Shown: one piece after another, positions 35,411-44,549 of the stretch
Numbering within the stretch: position 1 is the stretch's first letter
Layout: each line of letters opens with the position of its first letter
Source of the DNA: an uncultured Desulfobulbaceae bacterium
GTDB lineage: Bacteria > Desulfobacterota > Desulfobulbia > Desulfobulbales > BM004
Reading direction: 5' to 3'
Assembly (NCBI GenBank): GCA_947259115.1
Contig: CAMYKS010000010.1
Location: 41,236-105,235 of the forward strand
DNA length: 64,000 nucleotides
Notes under the pieces: model-generated
Told to the model about the DNA's origin: nothing
The model's input: the letters and a program-made list of their open reading frames with translations, nothing else
Database searches by the model: none
Program-made: the position numbers and the translations under genes

Positions 35411-37147
35411 TCACCGATGCAGGGACTCTGCCAGCCAGGCAAGTCCTGCCAGCAGGAAAAAAACCGATTCCAGGCAGAATTCAAGTTTAGGCCCCTGAGT
35501 TATTTTGCCTTTAGTGTACAGCCGGATTAACACGATAATATACAGTATGCCCGGCAGCAGCCAGAATCCCGCCTCCGACATGAGACCTAAAAACGGCATG
35601 AGCAGCAGCAGAACAATCAGCGCTCCCAAAATAATATGCAGAAAAAAGAGCGTCTTCTGCTCACCGATACAAACGGGCAGCGTTTCCTTGCCGACAATTC
35701 TGTCTCCCTGCACCTCGAAAACATCGAAAAGCGCATTTCTTACAAAAACAAGGAGCAGAATAAAAAACAGAACCACCAAAGTCATCATATCCGGGGTATG
35801 GGAGTCGCTCCAGGCTGGGATAAGGGCAGTAATAAAAGCCCAGGCCACAGCCACCAGGAAGGTCTTGGAGCCGGGAATCTCCTTCAGGCCCCGCACCCTG
35901 ATATTCGGAATCAGGGATTTGGGAATGACCTGCACGCTGTAAAGAATACCGAAAATACTCATGCCCGTCAGAAGCAGAAAAGGCTTTAATCCGTGTTCAA
36001 ACACCAGTGTCAGGGCTAAGGCCAGGGACAGGGCCGAAATGATCAGGAGCGGCCAGCGGTATTTCTCATAAAACAGTGCCCGCAACGGATCATTGAATTT
36101 TTGCTGTTTTCTGTCGGTAAAACGATTGAGATTGTGCATGGCAAACAGATACAAAAAACTGATCAGAAAATGGCTTACCCCTGGGCCATTGTTCTGCAGA
36201 ATCTCTGCCGTATAGGTGAGCGCTCCACCTGCAAGACTCACGTAGATATTGGTCGCCAGAAGAAGCCAGAGCAGTTTGCTGCCGGACTTCTTAAGCGTGC
36301 CCTCATCCTTGCCGGGCATAGCCTCCAGTATCGCGACAACCCTGCTTATCATCCAGGTAGGAGTTGAAGCTCCGGCAGTAACACCTACAAATTCATGTTT
36401 TGCCAATGCATCAAGGTCCAGTTCACCTTCGGTTTCAACCTGATAAACAGGACAGCCCTTACCCTCAGCTATCTCAGCCAGCCTTTTCGTATTGGCACTA
36501 TTCTTGCCCCCCACCACAACCATGGCATCTACATCATTACAAAGGCTGCGCACCTCTTCCTGGCGTTTATGGGTGGCATCGCAAATGGTATTAAAAACCT
36601 TGCCGCCTGGAAAACGCTCCAGAATCGAACTGCTCAATTCTTCAAAGCTGGTTGCATCCTGGGTTGTCTGGCTGACGATTATGTAGGGCACATTAAGCTG
36701 CAAGTTCTGTACATCTTCCCGGTTGCTGACAACCTTACCCAAACTCCCGGTAAAACCCATCAGACCTTCAACTTCCGCATGATTACGGTCACCAATAATA
36801 ACGGTTGCATACCCATGCTTGAGATACTTTTTGATAACAACCTGGACCTTGACGACATGGGGACAGGTTGCATCCTTAACGGTGGCACCTGTCATCTGGA
36901 GCTTTTCCTTATGAACAGGGGGAACACCATGGGCTCGTATAATAACCGTGCCGGATTCCTTTTCAGGGATATCCCGGAGTATCTTGACGCCCCGCTCCTC
37001 TAAAAGATTGAGAACCTGGGGATTATGGATCAAAGGGCCATAGGTTGATACTCCCGTACCCTCTTTCTGGATAACCTCCAGGGTAGTTTCCACCGCCCTC
37101 CTGACCCCCATGCAGAAACCGGCACTTTTTGCTAAAATAACTTTCAT
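35411..37147 (-). CDS. ispH: fusion: 4-hydroxy-3-methylbut-2-enyl diphosphate reductase (IspH) + UbiA-like polytopic prenyltransferase domain
   Basis: 578 aa. Residues 1 to ~285 form a complete IspH (MKVILAKSAGFCMGV.., DATCPHV, NTICDATHKRQ, GVTAGASTP). Residues from ~290 to the end form ~8 TM helices with Asp-rich UbiA-type motifs (NRFTDRKQQKFND and FDVFEVQGDRIVGKETLPV). Confidence 0.7.
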   Translation of the reverse strand: MKVILAKSAGFCMGVRRAVETTLEVIQKEGTGVSTYGPLIHNPQVLNLLEERGVKILRDIPEKESGTVIIRAHGVPPVHKEKLQMTGATVKDATCPHVVKVQVVIKKYLKHGYATVIIGDRNHAEVEGLMGFTGSLGKVVSNREDVQNLQLNVPYIIVSQTTQDATSFEELSSSILERFPGGKVFNTICDATHKRQEEVRSLCNDVDAMVVVGGKNSANTKRLAEIAEGKGCPVYQVETEGELDLDALAKHEFVGVTAGASTPTWMISRVVAILEAMPGKDEGTLKKSGSKLLWLLLATNIYVSLAGGALTYTAEILQNNGPGVSHFLISFLYLFAMHNLNRFTDRKQQKFNDPLRALFYEKYRWPLLIISALSLALALTLVFEHGLKPFLLLTGMSIFGILYSVQVIPKSLIPNIRVRGLKEIPGSKTFLVAVAWAFITALIPAWSDSHTPDMMTLVVLFFILLLVFVRNALFDVFEVQGDRIVGKETLPVCIGEQKTLFFLHIILGALIVLLLLMPFLGLMSEAGFWLLPGILYIIVLIRLYTKGKITQGPKLEFCLESVFFLLAGLAWLAESLHR

Positions 37148-37420
37148 TTTTTTTAATCTAGACGATTGCTGCCACTAAACAACTTTATTTTAAAAAGCTG
37201 CTGCTTATAACCAGAGACTTTTATTGGACATTTTTTGAGCCCGCTTTGGAAATTTTTCCTCACGGATTAAGACTATTCATAAAAAAACTGCATACTAATA
37301 CAATAGGTGAAGAATTAAAACTACCGTAATGTTGCATGATGTATTATCAGTTATAGATATAGAACTTTATAATTTCAGGAACAGCTTGCTCCAGATAAAT
37401 CTCCACAGGGAGGTTGCGCC

Positions 37421-37675
37421 ATGATTGACAAAAAAGAACTTTGTGACAAAATCCAGGAAATATACCCGGAGATCGGGGAATGTGGCATTGACCTTGCGGT
37501 TGATTATGACAAGCGTCAGAATGCCTGGGTTGTGGACCTGAAAAAAAACAACCATGAATTAAAGCACTTCCTCGAAAAACCAGATGCCGACGCCTGTATG
37601 GATGGCAAACAATGTGTTGGCCTGGGACTTGAAATTGCCCAGTTGGCGAAAAACATCAAGGGTGAGCAGTTTTAA
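37421..37675 (+). CDS. small conserved-looking hypothetical protein
   Basis: 84 aa with a good SD (GGGAGG) 8 nt upstream. It shows no low complexity, and I recognise no family for it. Confidence 0.5.
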   Translation: MIDKKELCDKIQEIYPEIGECGIDLAVDYDKRQNAWVVDLKKNNHELKHFLEKPDADACMDGKQCVGLGLEIAQLAKNIKGEQF

Positions 37676-37720
37676 ATTTTTGTATTTTTCTGCAAATCCT
37701 GAAAAGATATAACAAAAACC

Positions 37721-38653
37721 ATGCCTGAACTCCGTCCATTAACTCTGGCTGACAGAAGCCTGGTTTCAGGATTTTTGAGCACTTATGCACCTGTAATCTC
37801 AGAGCACACCTTTACAAATCTTTTTATCTGGCAGCCTTCCAGGCCGATCCTCTTTACTGAGGTGGCCGACTCCCTTGTTTTTTTAGTTAAAGCAGCCCGG
37901 GAGAAAGATAAATACATCCTCTTCGGTCCCCCAGTCGGTACAATAACCATTCCGGATGTGTTCGCGGTTTTGGGAGACAATGTTATAGGGGCTGTCCGCG
38001 TTCCTGATGCGGATGTTGCAGGTCTTCCTGCTCCAGCCTTTACAGTAACCCCGGACCGTGATAATGCCGATTATGTCTACCGGGTAAGGGACCTGGCTGA
38101 ACTTGCCGGACGGCGCTATACAAAAAAACGCAACCATATCAACAAGTGCCTCAGCAGTCATGTTTGTGAGTATGTTCCCATTTCCGCCGAACTCATTGCA
38201 GCTTGTGAAACCATGCAGGAAAACTGGTGTAAAAGCAGGGATTGCGGCCGTAATCCCGGTTTATGCAATGAAGCCAATGCCATTGCAGAAACCTTTGCCC
38301 ATTATAATGAATTCGGTCTTCTTGGCGGAGCAATCAGGGTCGACGGCACCATCCAGGCCTATGCCATCGCAGAAACATTGCGTCCCGACACAGCTGTCTG
38401 GCATTTTGAAAAGGCCATGGCCCATATACAGGGACTCGGCCAGCTTATAAATCAATGGTTCTCTAAATATGGGCTTTCAGATTTTACCTATGTCAACCGT
38501 GAACAGGATCTCGGCATCCCGGGCATGCGTCAGGCGAAAGAGAGCTACTACCCGCAGCATATGGTAGATAAAAACTGTATTTCCCTGTCTAGTAACAAAA
38601 CCATCACTGCCAAGAGTATCAAGGCTGAGGGCTGCGCTGCACACGAACATTGA
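37721..38653 (+). CDS. DUF2156 (MprF C-terminal-like, GNAT-fold) protein
   Basis: 310 aa. The N-terminal pattern LRPLTLADRSLVSGFLSTYAPVISEHTFTNLFIWQ is typical of DUF2156. Confidence 0.6.
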   Translation: MPELRPLTLADRSLVSGFLSTYAPVISEHTFTNLFIWQPSRPILFTEVADSLVFLVKAAREKDKYILFGPPVGTITIPDVFAVLGDNVIGAVRVPDADVAGLPAPAFTVTPDRDNADYVYRVRDLAELAGRRYTKKRNHINKCLSSHVCEYVPISAELIAACETMQENWCKSRDCGRNPGLCNEANAIAETFAHYNEFGLLGGAIRVDGTIQAYAIAETLRPDTAVWHFEKAMAHIQGLGQLINQWFSKYGLSDFTYVNREQDLGIPGMRQAKESYYPQHMVDKNCISLSSNKTITAKSIKAEGCAAHEH

Positions 38654-38842
38654 GCCTTAAGATGTCCAGCTGTCTTCGTAATCTTTTAAGAATCACTCAC
38701 GAAGTCACGAAATATAAAGAGCAGTGATAGCAGGTCGACAATTAAAACATACTGTATGTATTGATTAGTTTTTGGAAGGGGCGGGAAACCAAACACTCGT
38801 TGCAGCTATACGTGAATGTCTTTTACTGCAAAACTAACCGGA

Positions 38843-40114
38843 TTAATTACCATATTTTTTTATTATGGCAGCTTTCAGTTGACTCGGTGCGGCAACAGTC
38901 AAATCAAAAGGACATTCCAACTGACTTCGGAGTACATCTATTGTTTGTGTCATCTCCGGACGTGATGTAGCCAAAACCAGGTGACCTTTATCAATCGCAA
39001 GAGGCAGAATCATTAATTCAAGAACAAGATTTCGAGGTAGGTGGGATTTTGCATCCTCAGATGGGTCAATATTCTTTAAATCAATATAAGGTTTTCTGAA
39101 CTTTTCAGCCAAGGCACTGTATAACTTATCCTCACTGACACTACCCGATTCAATCAGCATATCGCCAATTTTTTTCTTTCGTAACTGCGCCTGAATATCA
39201 TGTGCCTTTTCAACCTGTTTTCTGGTCACAAGGCCTGATTTAACCAGGATATCTCCAGCAAAAATTCTTTTATTACCAGTAGAACTCTTCCAGGCTTTGA
39301 GTAGTACCTGTTCAATCTTCTTGGGATGCAGATTGGCTAGTTTGGCAACAATAGGGCCAATTTTAAGATTTCTAATATTTTTCTGTTTTACAAGTGTTTC
39401 ATCCAGGACCAGTTTCGTAATCAATTCCGATTCAAGTAAAATTTCCCCGATGCGATCAGTCCTATAACGCAATTTGATACTCTTATTTAGAAAGAAATAA
39501 TACTGAAACCGGCTGGCCTCAGTGTATGAATGACAAAATACTCCAGCTTCAAAGTCTTGATCGATAGGCACCTCCACTCTTATTGATTTGCCGTCAATTG
39601 TCTCCAGTACCTCGTAGACAATTTCATGGCCCATGTCAGCCAATTGTTCGGGTCTGCTTATCAAGCCGAGATAGTCCAGTTCATTGACTTCATATTTCGT
39701 TTGAGGGCAATTCGGTGTAGAAAGGAGAGAAACTGTACTATCGAAGGGAGAAAAAGGTTCTGCAAGAGTTGCTTCAAATTCTTTTCCTCCCAGTCCAATC
39801 AGGACAGGCTCGGAAAACAGCTCCGGACTTTTTTCCGGCGTCTCCATGAGTACATCATAAAGATTGTCAATAGTATCAAGTTGATTATTGGCTGCCGAGT
39901 TCTCGAAAAGTTCATCATATAAACTCTCATCAACATTTCCATCACTGGACATGCCGGCGGTCAGGTCGCCCGGACTCTCATCAATTTGCCTGTCACCGGG
40001 TGCACCCGCAAGTAGATCCTCATTGACACTTTCTTGATCCGAGGACGTCGTAGTCAGGTCTTCAAGATCTTCCAAAAGGTTATCCTGCCCATTATCTGGA
40101 ATATCAGATTTCAT
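38843..40114 (-). CDS. stand-alone T2SSE_N/MshEN-domain protein (candidate c-di-GMP receptor) with acidic disordered N-terminus
   Basis: 423 aa. It has tandem MshEN-like motifs (RIGEILLESELITKLVLDETLVKQ; FAGDILVKSGLVTRKQVEKAHDIQ; KIGDMLIESGSVSEDKLYSALAEKF) followed by the GspE_N-like fold ending ..LVLATSRPEMTQTIDVLRSQLECPFDLTVAAPSQLKAAI. There is no ATPase domain. Confidence 0.6.
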   Translation of the reverse strand: MKSDIPDNGQDNLLEDLEDLTTTSSDQESVNEDLLAGAPGDRQIDESPGDLTAGMSSDGNVDESLYDELFENSAANNQLDTIDNLYDVLMETPEKSPELFSEPVLIGLGGKEFEATLAEPFSPFDSTVSLLSTPNCPQTKYEVNELDYLGLISRPEQLADMGHEIVYEVLETIDGKSIRVEVPIDQDFEAGVFCHSYTEASRFQYYFFLNKSIKLRYRTDRIGEILLESELITKLVLDETLVKQKNIRNLKIGPIVAKLANLHPKKIEQVLLKAWKSSTGNKRIFAGDILVKSGLVTRKQVEKAHDIQAQLRKKKIGDMLIESGSVSEDKLYSALAEKFRKPYIDLKNIDPSEDAKSHLPRNLVLELMILPLAIDKGHLVLATSRPEMTQTIDVLRSQLECPFDLTVAAPSQLKAAIIKKYGN

Positions 40115-40315
40115 AGAAAATTAGTTCATGCAAATTTTTATGTACTGGTGAACACAGTGACCAGAGCCTTTCTCGTTTCATCTACCCCTGAAGCAAAAGA
40201 ATACAACTACCCAAAAATTGCTTACAAAATAATTAAATGCAAGAAACGAACCAGTTGTCCAGAAAAGAGAAAATGGAGCCTAAATCTATTTATTTTTAGT
40301 TAATTAGTCCGAATT

Positions 40316-40503
40316 TTTCACGGGTCGAGACGCCGGATAGACAAAGTGTAAGTCGTTTGTGCAGATAAGTGACCGAAAAGGGAGACTTCGATACCTTAGT
40401 ATGCGAAACGCCTAACACTGCAGGCTATACGGATGTATCGGCTTGCCCGAAGGGTGAACAGTTTTGAAAAAAATCTATTCAGTCACTTGGTACAAAACTG
40501 TTC
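40316..40503 (+). repeat. copy A of an unclassified ~160-190 nt intergenic repeat (possible structured RNA or MITE remnant)
   Basis: It is near-identical to 50366..50523 in the same orientation, apart from a ~28-nt internal insertion (40360..40394). It contains an 11-bp perfect inverted repeat, GAACAGTTTTG (40456..40466) / CAAAACTGTTC (40493..40503). Confidence 0.7.
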
Positions 40504-40525
40504 ATGAAATATTCGGGCTAATGTT

Positions 40526-42904
40526 TTACTGATTCTGCTCTTTTTCCAGGGCGATGTCCAGTGCCTCCTGGATGCCCTGAACCAGGTGGAACTTGATCCC
40601 CTCTTTCACATTGTCAGGGAGCTCAATAACATCCTTTTCATTGAGATGCGGCAGGATAATATGGGTTATACCGGCCCGGGCGGCGGCGATCACCTTTTCC
40701 TTAATGCCGCCCACGGGCAACACGTCTCCACGCAGGGTAATCTCACCGGTCATGGCAAGATCCTTGCGCACCGCTCTATCGGTAAAAAGTGAAGCAAGTG
40801 AAATCACCATGGCCACCCCTGCCGAGGGCCCGTCCTTGGGGATGGCCCCCTCCGGCACATGGATGTGGGTATCTGTTTCAGCAAAAACAGAGTCGGCAAT
40901 GGCAAACTGTGAGGCCTTGGTTCTTAGATAGGTCATAGCCGCATGGGCCGATTCCTTCATTACATCGCCTAATTTGCCTGTGAGGGCCAGCCCCCCCTTG
41001 CCCGGCATTTTAGCCGACTCGATGAACAGAATATCACCGCCCACCGGAGTCCAGGCAAGCCCGGTCGCCAGACCCGGCCCCCAGGTTCTGGCCAGCATTT
41101 CCGGAAAAAAGCGGATGGGCCCGAGATACTTCTGCAGATCCTTGGTGTCAATTACTGCTGTGCCGGTTTCACCTGAGACAATGTCCTTTGCCACAACCCG
41201 ACAGATTGCAGCCAGCTTCCGTTCAATGTTGCGGACACCCGCCTCCCTTGTGTAGGAGCGGATGACATTACGGATGGCATCATCTGTCAGCTCCAGGTCA
41301 TCTCCGGACAAGCCATGGGCTTCAAGCTGTTTCTCCACCAGATGTTCCTTGGCAATCATCAATTTTTCATCTTCAGTATAGCCCGGCAGTTCAACGACCT
41401 CCATCCTGTCGCGCAGGGGACCGGGAATGGTGTCAAGGATGTTAGCCGTGGTGATGAACATTATCTTTGAGAGATCAAAGGGAATTTCCAGGTAATGGTC
41501 GGCAAAGGAGAAATTCTGCTCAGGGTCGAGAACTTCAAGCAGGGCTGAAGATGGATCCCCCCTGAAATCCATGCCCAGCTTGTCAATTTCATCCAGCATA
41601 AAAAGAGGATTATTGGAGCCAGCCTTGCGCAGGCTCTGGATGATGCGTCCGGGCAGGGCGCCTATGTATGTTCTTCTATGTCCCCTTATCTCAGCCTCAT
41701 CCCGCACGCCACCCAGCGAGATACGTACAAATTTTCTGCCAAGAGAGCGGGCAATGGACTGCCCCAGGGAGGTTTTACCGACCCCCGGTGGCCCCACAAA
41801 ACACAGGATGGGCCCATGCATATCATGCTTGAGTTTTCGTACGGCAAGAAACTCAATTATGCGTTTTTTTATTTTTTCCAATCCATAATGATCTTTATCA
41901 AGAACGCGCTGGGCCTCCTCAATATCCAATGCATCTGTGGTGGATGTCTCCCACGGCAGATCCAGGATCCATTCCAGATAGGTCCTGGAAACGGTGTGCT
42001 CAGGTGAAGAGGGAGGGATCTTTGCAAGCCTGTCAAGTTCCTTTTCCGCAGCCTTACGGGGGTCCTCGCCTAATTTGGCCTCAGCAACCCGTTGCCTGAG
42101 TTCATTGATATCCGCATGCTCGTCTTCTTCGCCAAGCTCCTTGCGTATTGCCTTTAACTGCTGGCGCAGGAAGAATTCGCGCTGCTTATCGTCCATATCA
42201 TCCTTGACAGCCTTCTGGATCTGATTGCTCATCTCTACTGTTTCAAGACGTTTGGCAAGTTCTTCCGCCACCTTGCGCAGCATTTCCTTGAGTTCATCGA
42301 TTTCCAGGATTGCCTGTTCTTCATCCAGGGAGAGGTTCAACTGGGAGGTTATCAGATAGGCGATGTGAAAGGGATCTGTAATGGCCGCAACAGTCATATA
42401 CAGTTCCGGAGGCAGCTGGGAAAGCGTGACCAGTTTTTTAAACTGGGTCCGCAGGTTGAGGATATGGGCTTCAACCTCTTTATCCTCAACCACCTTCATT
42501 TCTATAACTTCGACCTTAGCTTTCAAATATGGTTCCCGGGCGGTATACTCCTGTATCCTGATCTTCTTGACTGCACTCATAACAACCTGGTAAAGGCCTT
42601 CCGGGGACTTGATAAGCTTGTGAACGTAGCACACAACCCCAATTGCAAAGAGATGCTCGGAAAGTTCTTTAGTGGGGTCCTTTTCAGCACCCTTTTTATG
42701 GGAAACTACGGCTAAAAGCCTGTCATGCAGCAGGGCGTCGTCAATCAGCTGCCGGGAATGTTCATTGGAAATCTGCAGGGGAAATCCCATACCCGGGAAA
42801 AACACAAAATCATTCAGGGGCAGAACAGGCAATTCCTCAGGTATGGGCAGATCAGCAGGGTTTACATTGGCCTCTTTATCAGGTAATGCTTTATCTTCAG
42901 TCAT
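40526..42904 (-). CDS. lon: ATP-dependent Lon protease
   Basis: 792 aa with a LON N-domain, AAA+ Walker A (GPPGVGKTS) and the protease motif DGPSAG. Confidence 0.95.
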   Translation of the reverse strand: MTEDKALPDKEANVNPADLPIPEELPVLPLNDFVFFPGMGFPLQISNEHSRQLIDDALLHDRLLAVVSHKKGAEKDPTKELSEHLFAIGVVCYVHKLIKSPEGLYQVVMSAVKKIRIQEYTAREPYLKAKVEVIEMKVVEDKEVEAHILNLRTQFKKLVTLSQLPPELYMTVAAITDPFHIAYLITSQLNLSLDEEQAILEIDELKEMLRKVAEELAKRLETVEMSNQIQKAVKDDMDDKQREFFLRQQLKAIRKELGEEDEHADINELRQRVAEAKLGEDPRKAAEKELDRLAKIPPSSPEHTVSRTYLEWILDLPWETSTTDALDIEEAQRVLDKDHYGLEKIKKRIIEFLAVRKLKHDMHGPILCFVGPPGVGKTSLGQSIARSLGRKFVRISLGGVRDEAEIRGHRRTYIGALPGRIIQSLRKAGSNNPLFMLDEIDKLGMDFRGDPSSALLEVLDPEQNFSFADHYLEIPFDLSKIMFITTANILDTIPGPLRDRMEVVELPGYTEDEKLMIAKEHLVEKQLEAHGLSGDDLELTDDAIRNVIRSYTREAGVRNIERKLAAICRVVAKDIVSGETGTAVIDTKDLQKYLGPIRFFPEMLARTWGPGLATGLAWTPVGGDILFIESAKMPGKGGLALTGKLGDVMKESAHAAMTYLRTKASQFAIADSVFAETDTHIHVPEGAIPKDGPSAGVAMVISLASLFTDRAVRKDLAMTGEITLRGDVLPVGGIKEKVIAAARAGITHIILPHLNEKDVIELPDNVKEGIKFHLVQGIQEALDIALEKEQNQ

Positions 42905-42930
42905 AAAATATCATCCATTATTTTTGATAG

Positions 42931-43359
42931 TTAAGGAGCAGAGCAGCTTTTTGATTCCTTGGGCAGCCTGATTTCCAGGATACCGTTCTGGCAACTGAAG
43001 GCAGGTTCGGCAAATTTAACAATGACCGGAAAGGAAATCGTTCTTTTAAAATAGCCCATTTCAATTTCCAGCTGGTGGATGCAGCAGACATTACCGCGCT
43101 TGGGCAGGTTTCTTCTGCCCTCCACGGTAATACGCCTACTTTCAGCCGTGATGGCGAGCTTGTTCATATCAATTCCCGCAGTGTCCATGAGAACGATTAT
43201 ATCATCGGTTGTTTCATACACATCAACCGCAGGCTGCCAGCCGTCGTTTGAGGTCATGGGAATCATCCGTGACAGGGAGGTACTTCTCAACATCCTGCCC
43301 ATCTGCCTTTCCAGTTCCTTGAACTCTTCAAGAATTCTTCTGTCAAAATCATCCATCAT
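42931..43359 (-). CDS. Hsp20/alpha-crystallin small heat-shock protein
   Basis: It carries an ACD pattern (WQPAVDVYETTDDIIVLMDTAGI..GILEIRLPK). I chose the start at 43359 (MMDDFDRR) because AGGTGA lies 4 nt upstream; the ORF extends to 43389. It lies 26 nt upstream of lon. Confidence 0.8.
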   Translation of the reverse strand: MMDDFDRRILEEFKELERQMGRMLRSTSLSRMIPMTSNDGWQPAVDVYETTDDIIVLMDTAGIDMNKLAITAESRRITVEGRRNLPKRGNVCCIHQLEIEMGYFKRTISFPVIVKFAEPAFSCQNGILEIRLPKESKSCSAP

Positions 43360-43634
43360 TTTCACCTGCTCTATAAAAAATCTGCACACAGGATTACAGG
43401 GCTTATTCCCGAAATCCCCTCATAAAAAAAATTTTCCAGTTCTCAGAATGGCATAATTATTTATGCAGCTTACCTAATATGAAGAAAACAAATCAAGTAT
43501 AAAGCTCATATTCCTTATGCTAAACTGTTGCAGGATTCAAAAGTATTTCTTATTCGCTTTTAAAACATTAAGCATTACAGTATAAAGATAAACCTTATTG
43601 CAAACCAGTTTTATATTTTTGGAGGCACATCACC

Positions 43635-44528
43635 ATGTCAGATGCATGCAAAACATGTCCAAGCAAAAGCGGGGAACAGAAAGGAACCTGCTCCACCGTG
43701 AAGACTGCCAAAGCGGTGCAGGACATTGCCATAACTTCAGCCTTAACTAAAATTAAATATAAAATTCTTGTCATGAGCGGCAAGGGCGGGGTGGGCAAGA
43801 GTACAGTGGCAACAAACCTGGCCCTGGGGCTGGCTAACAGGGGATTTCAAGTCGGCTTGATGGATGTTGACCTGCACGGCCCTGATATCTGCCGTATGCT
43901 CAATCTCACCGATAGGCTGCACAGAACCAAAGAGGAAAAAACCTCCCTGGTGCCGCCCATGCATTACAATGACAAGCTAAAAATCATGTCCCTTGAATAC
44001 ATGATGGACAACCGCGATGAGGCCATCATCTGGCGGGGACCGCTCAAGATCCAGGCGATCAGGCAGTTTATCGCTGAAATTGACTGGGGGCAGCTGGACT
44101 ACCTGGTTATTGATGCTCCTCCCGGCACAGGGGACGAACCGCTTTCCGTGGCCCAGACCATTAAGGATGTCCAGGCCCTGGTTGTTACAACACCCCAGGA
44201 GGTTGCCCTGGCTGATGTCCGCAAGTCCATCAATTTCTGCAAACAGGTGAATATCAAGATTCTCGGACTCGTTGAAAACATGAGCGGCTTTATCTGTCCT
44301 CACTGCGACAAGCAGGTTGATATCTTTGGTACCGGCGGCGGCAAGAAGACGGCTCTTGAGTTCAACCTGCCCTTCCTGGGCAATATACCCATGGACCCGA
44401 AGGTGGTTGTCGGCGGAGACAGCGGCAGGCCGTATCTTTCCTCCGGGGCCGGTTCTCTAGCAACCAAGGCCTTTGACGGGGTTATAGATAAAGTTGTTAA
44501 AGAACTGCCCGCGAAAAAAGAATCGTAA
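43635..44528 (+). CDS. Mrp/NBP35 (ApbC) Fe-S cluster carrier ATPase
   Basis: 297 aa with a deviant Walker A (MSGKGGVGKST), a CPHC motif and an N-terminal CxxC. Confidence 0.85.
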   Translation: MSDACKTCPSKSGEQKGTCSTVKTAKAVQDIAITSALTKIKYKILVMSGKGGVGKSTVATNLALGLANRGFQVGLMDVDLHGPDICRMLNLTDRLHRTKEEKTSLVPPMHYNDKLKIMSLEYMMDNRDEAIIWRGPLKIQAIRQFIAEIDWGQLDYLVIDAPPGTGDEPLSVAQTIKDVQALVVTTPQEVALADVRKSINFCKQVNIKILGLVENMSGFICPHCDKQVDIFGTGGGKKTALEFNLPFLGNIPMDPKVVVGGDSGRPYLSSGAGSLATKAFDGVIDKVVKELPAKKES

Positions 44529-44549
44529 GATCATACATCAGGAGATAAT

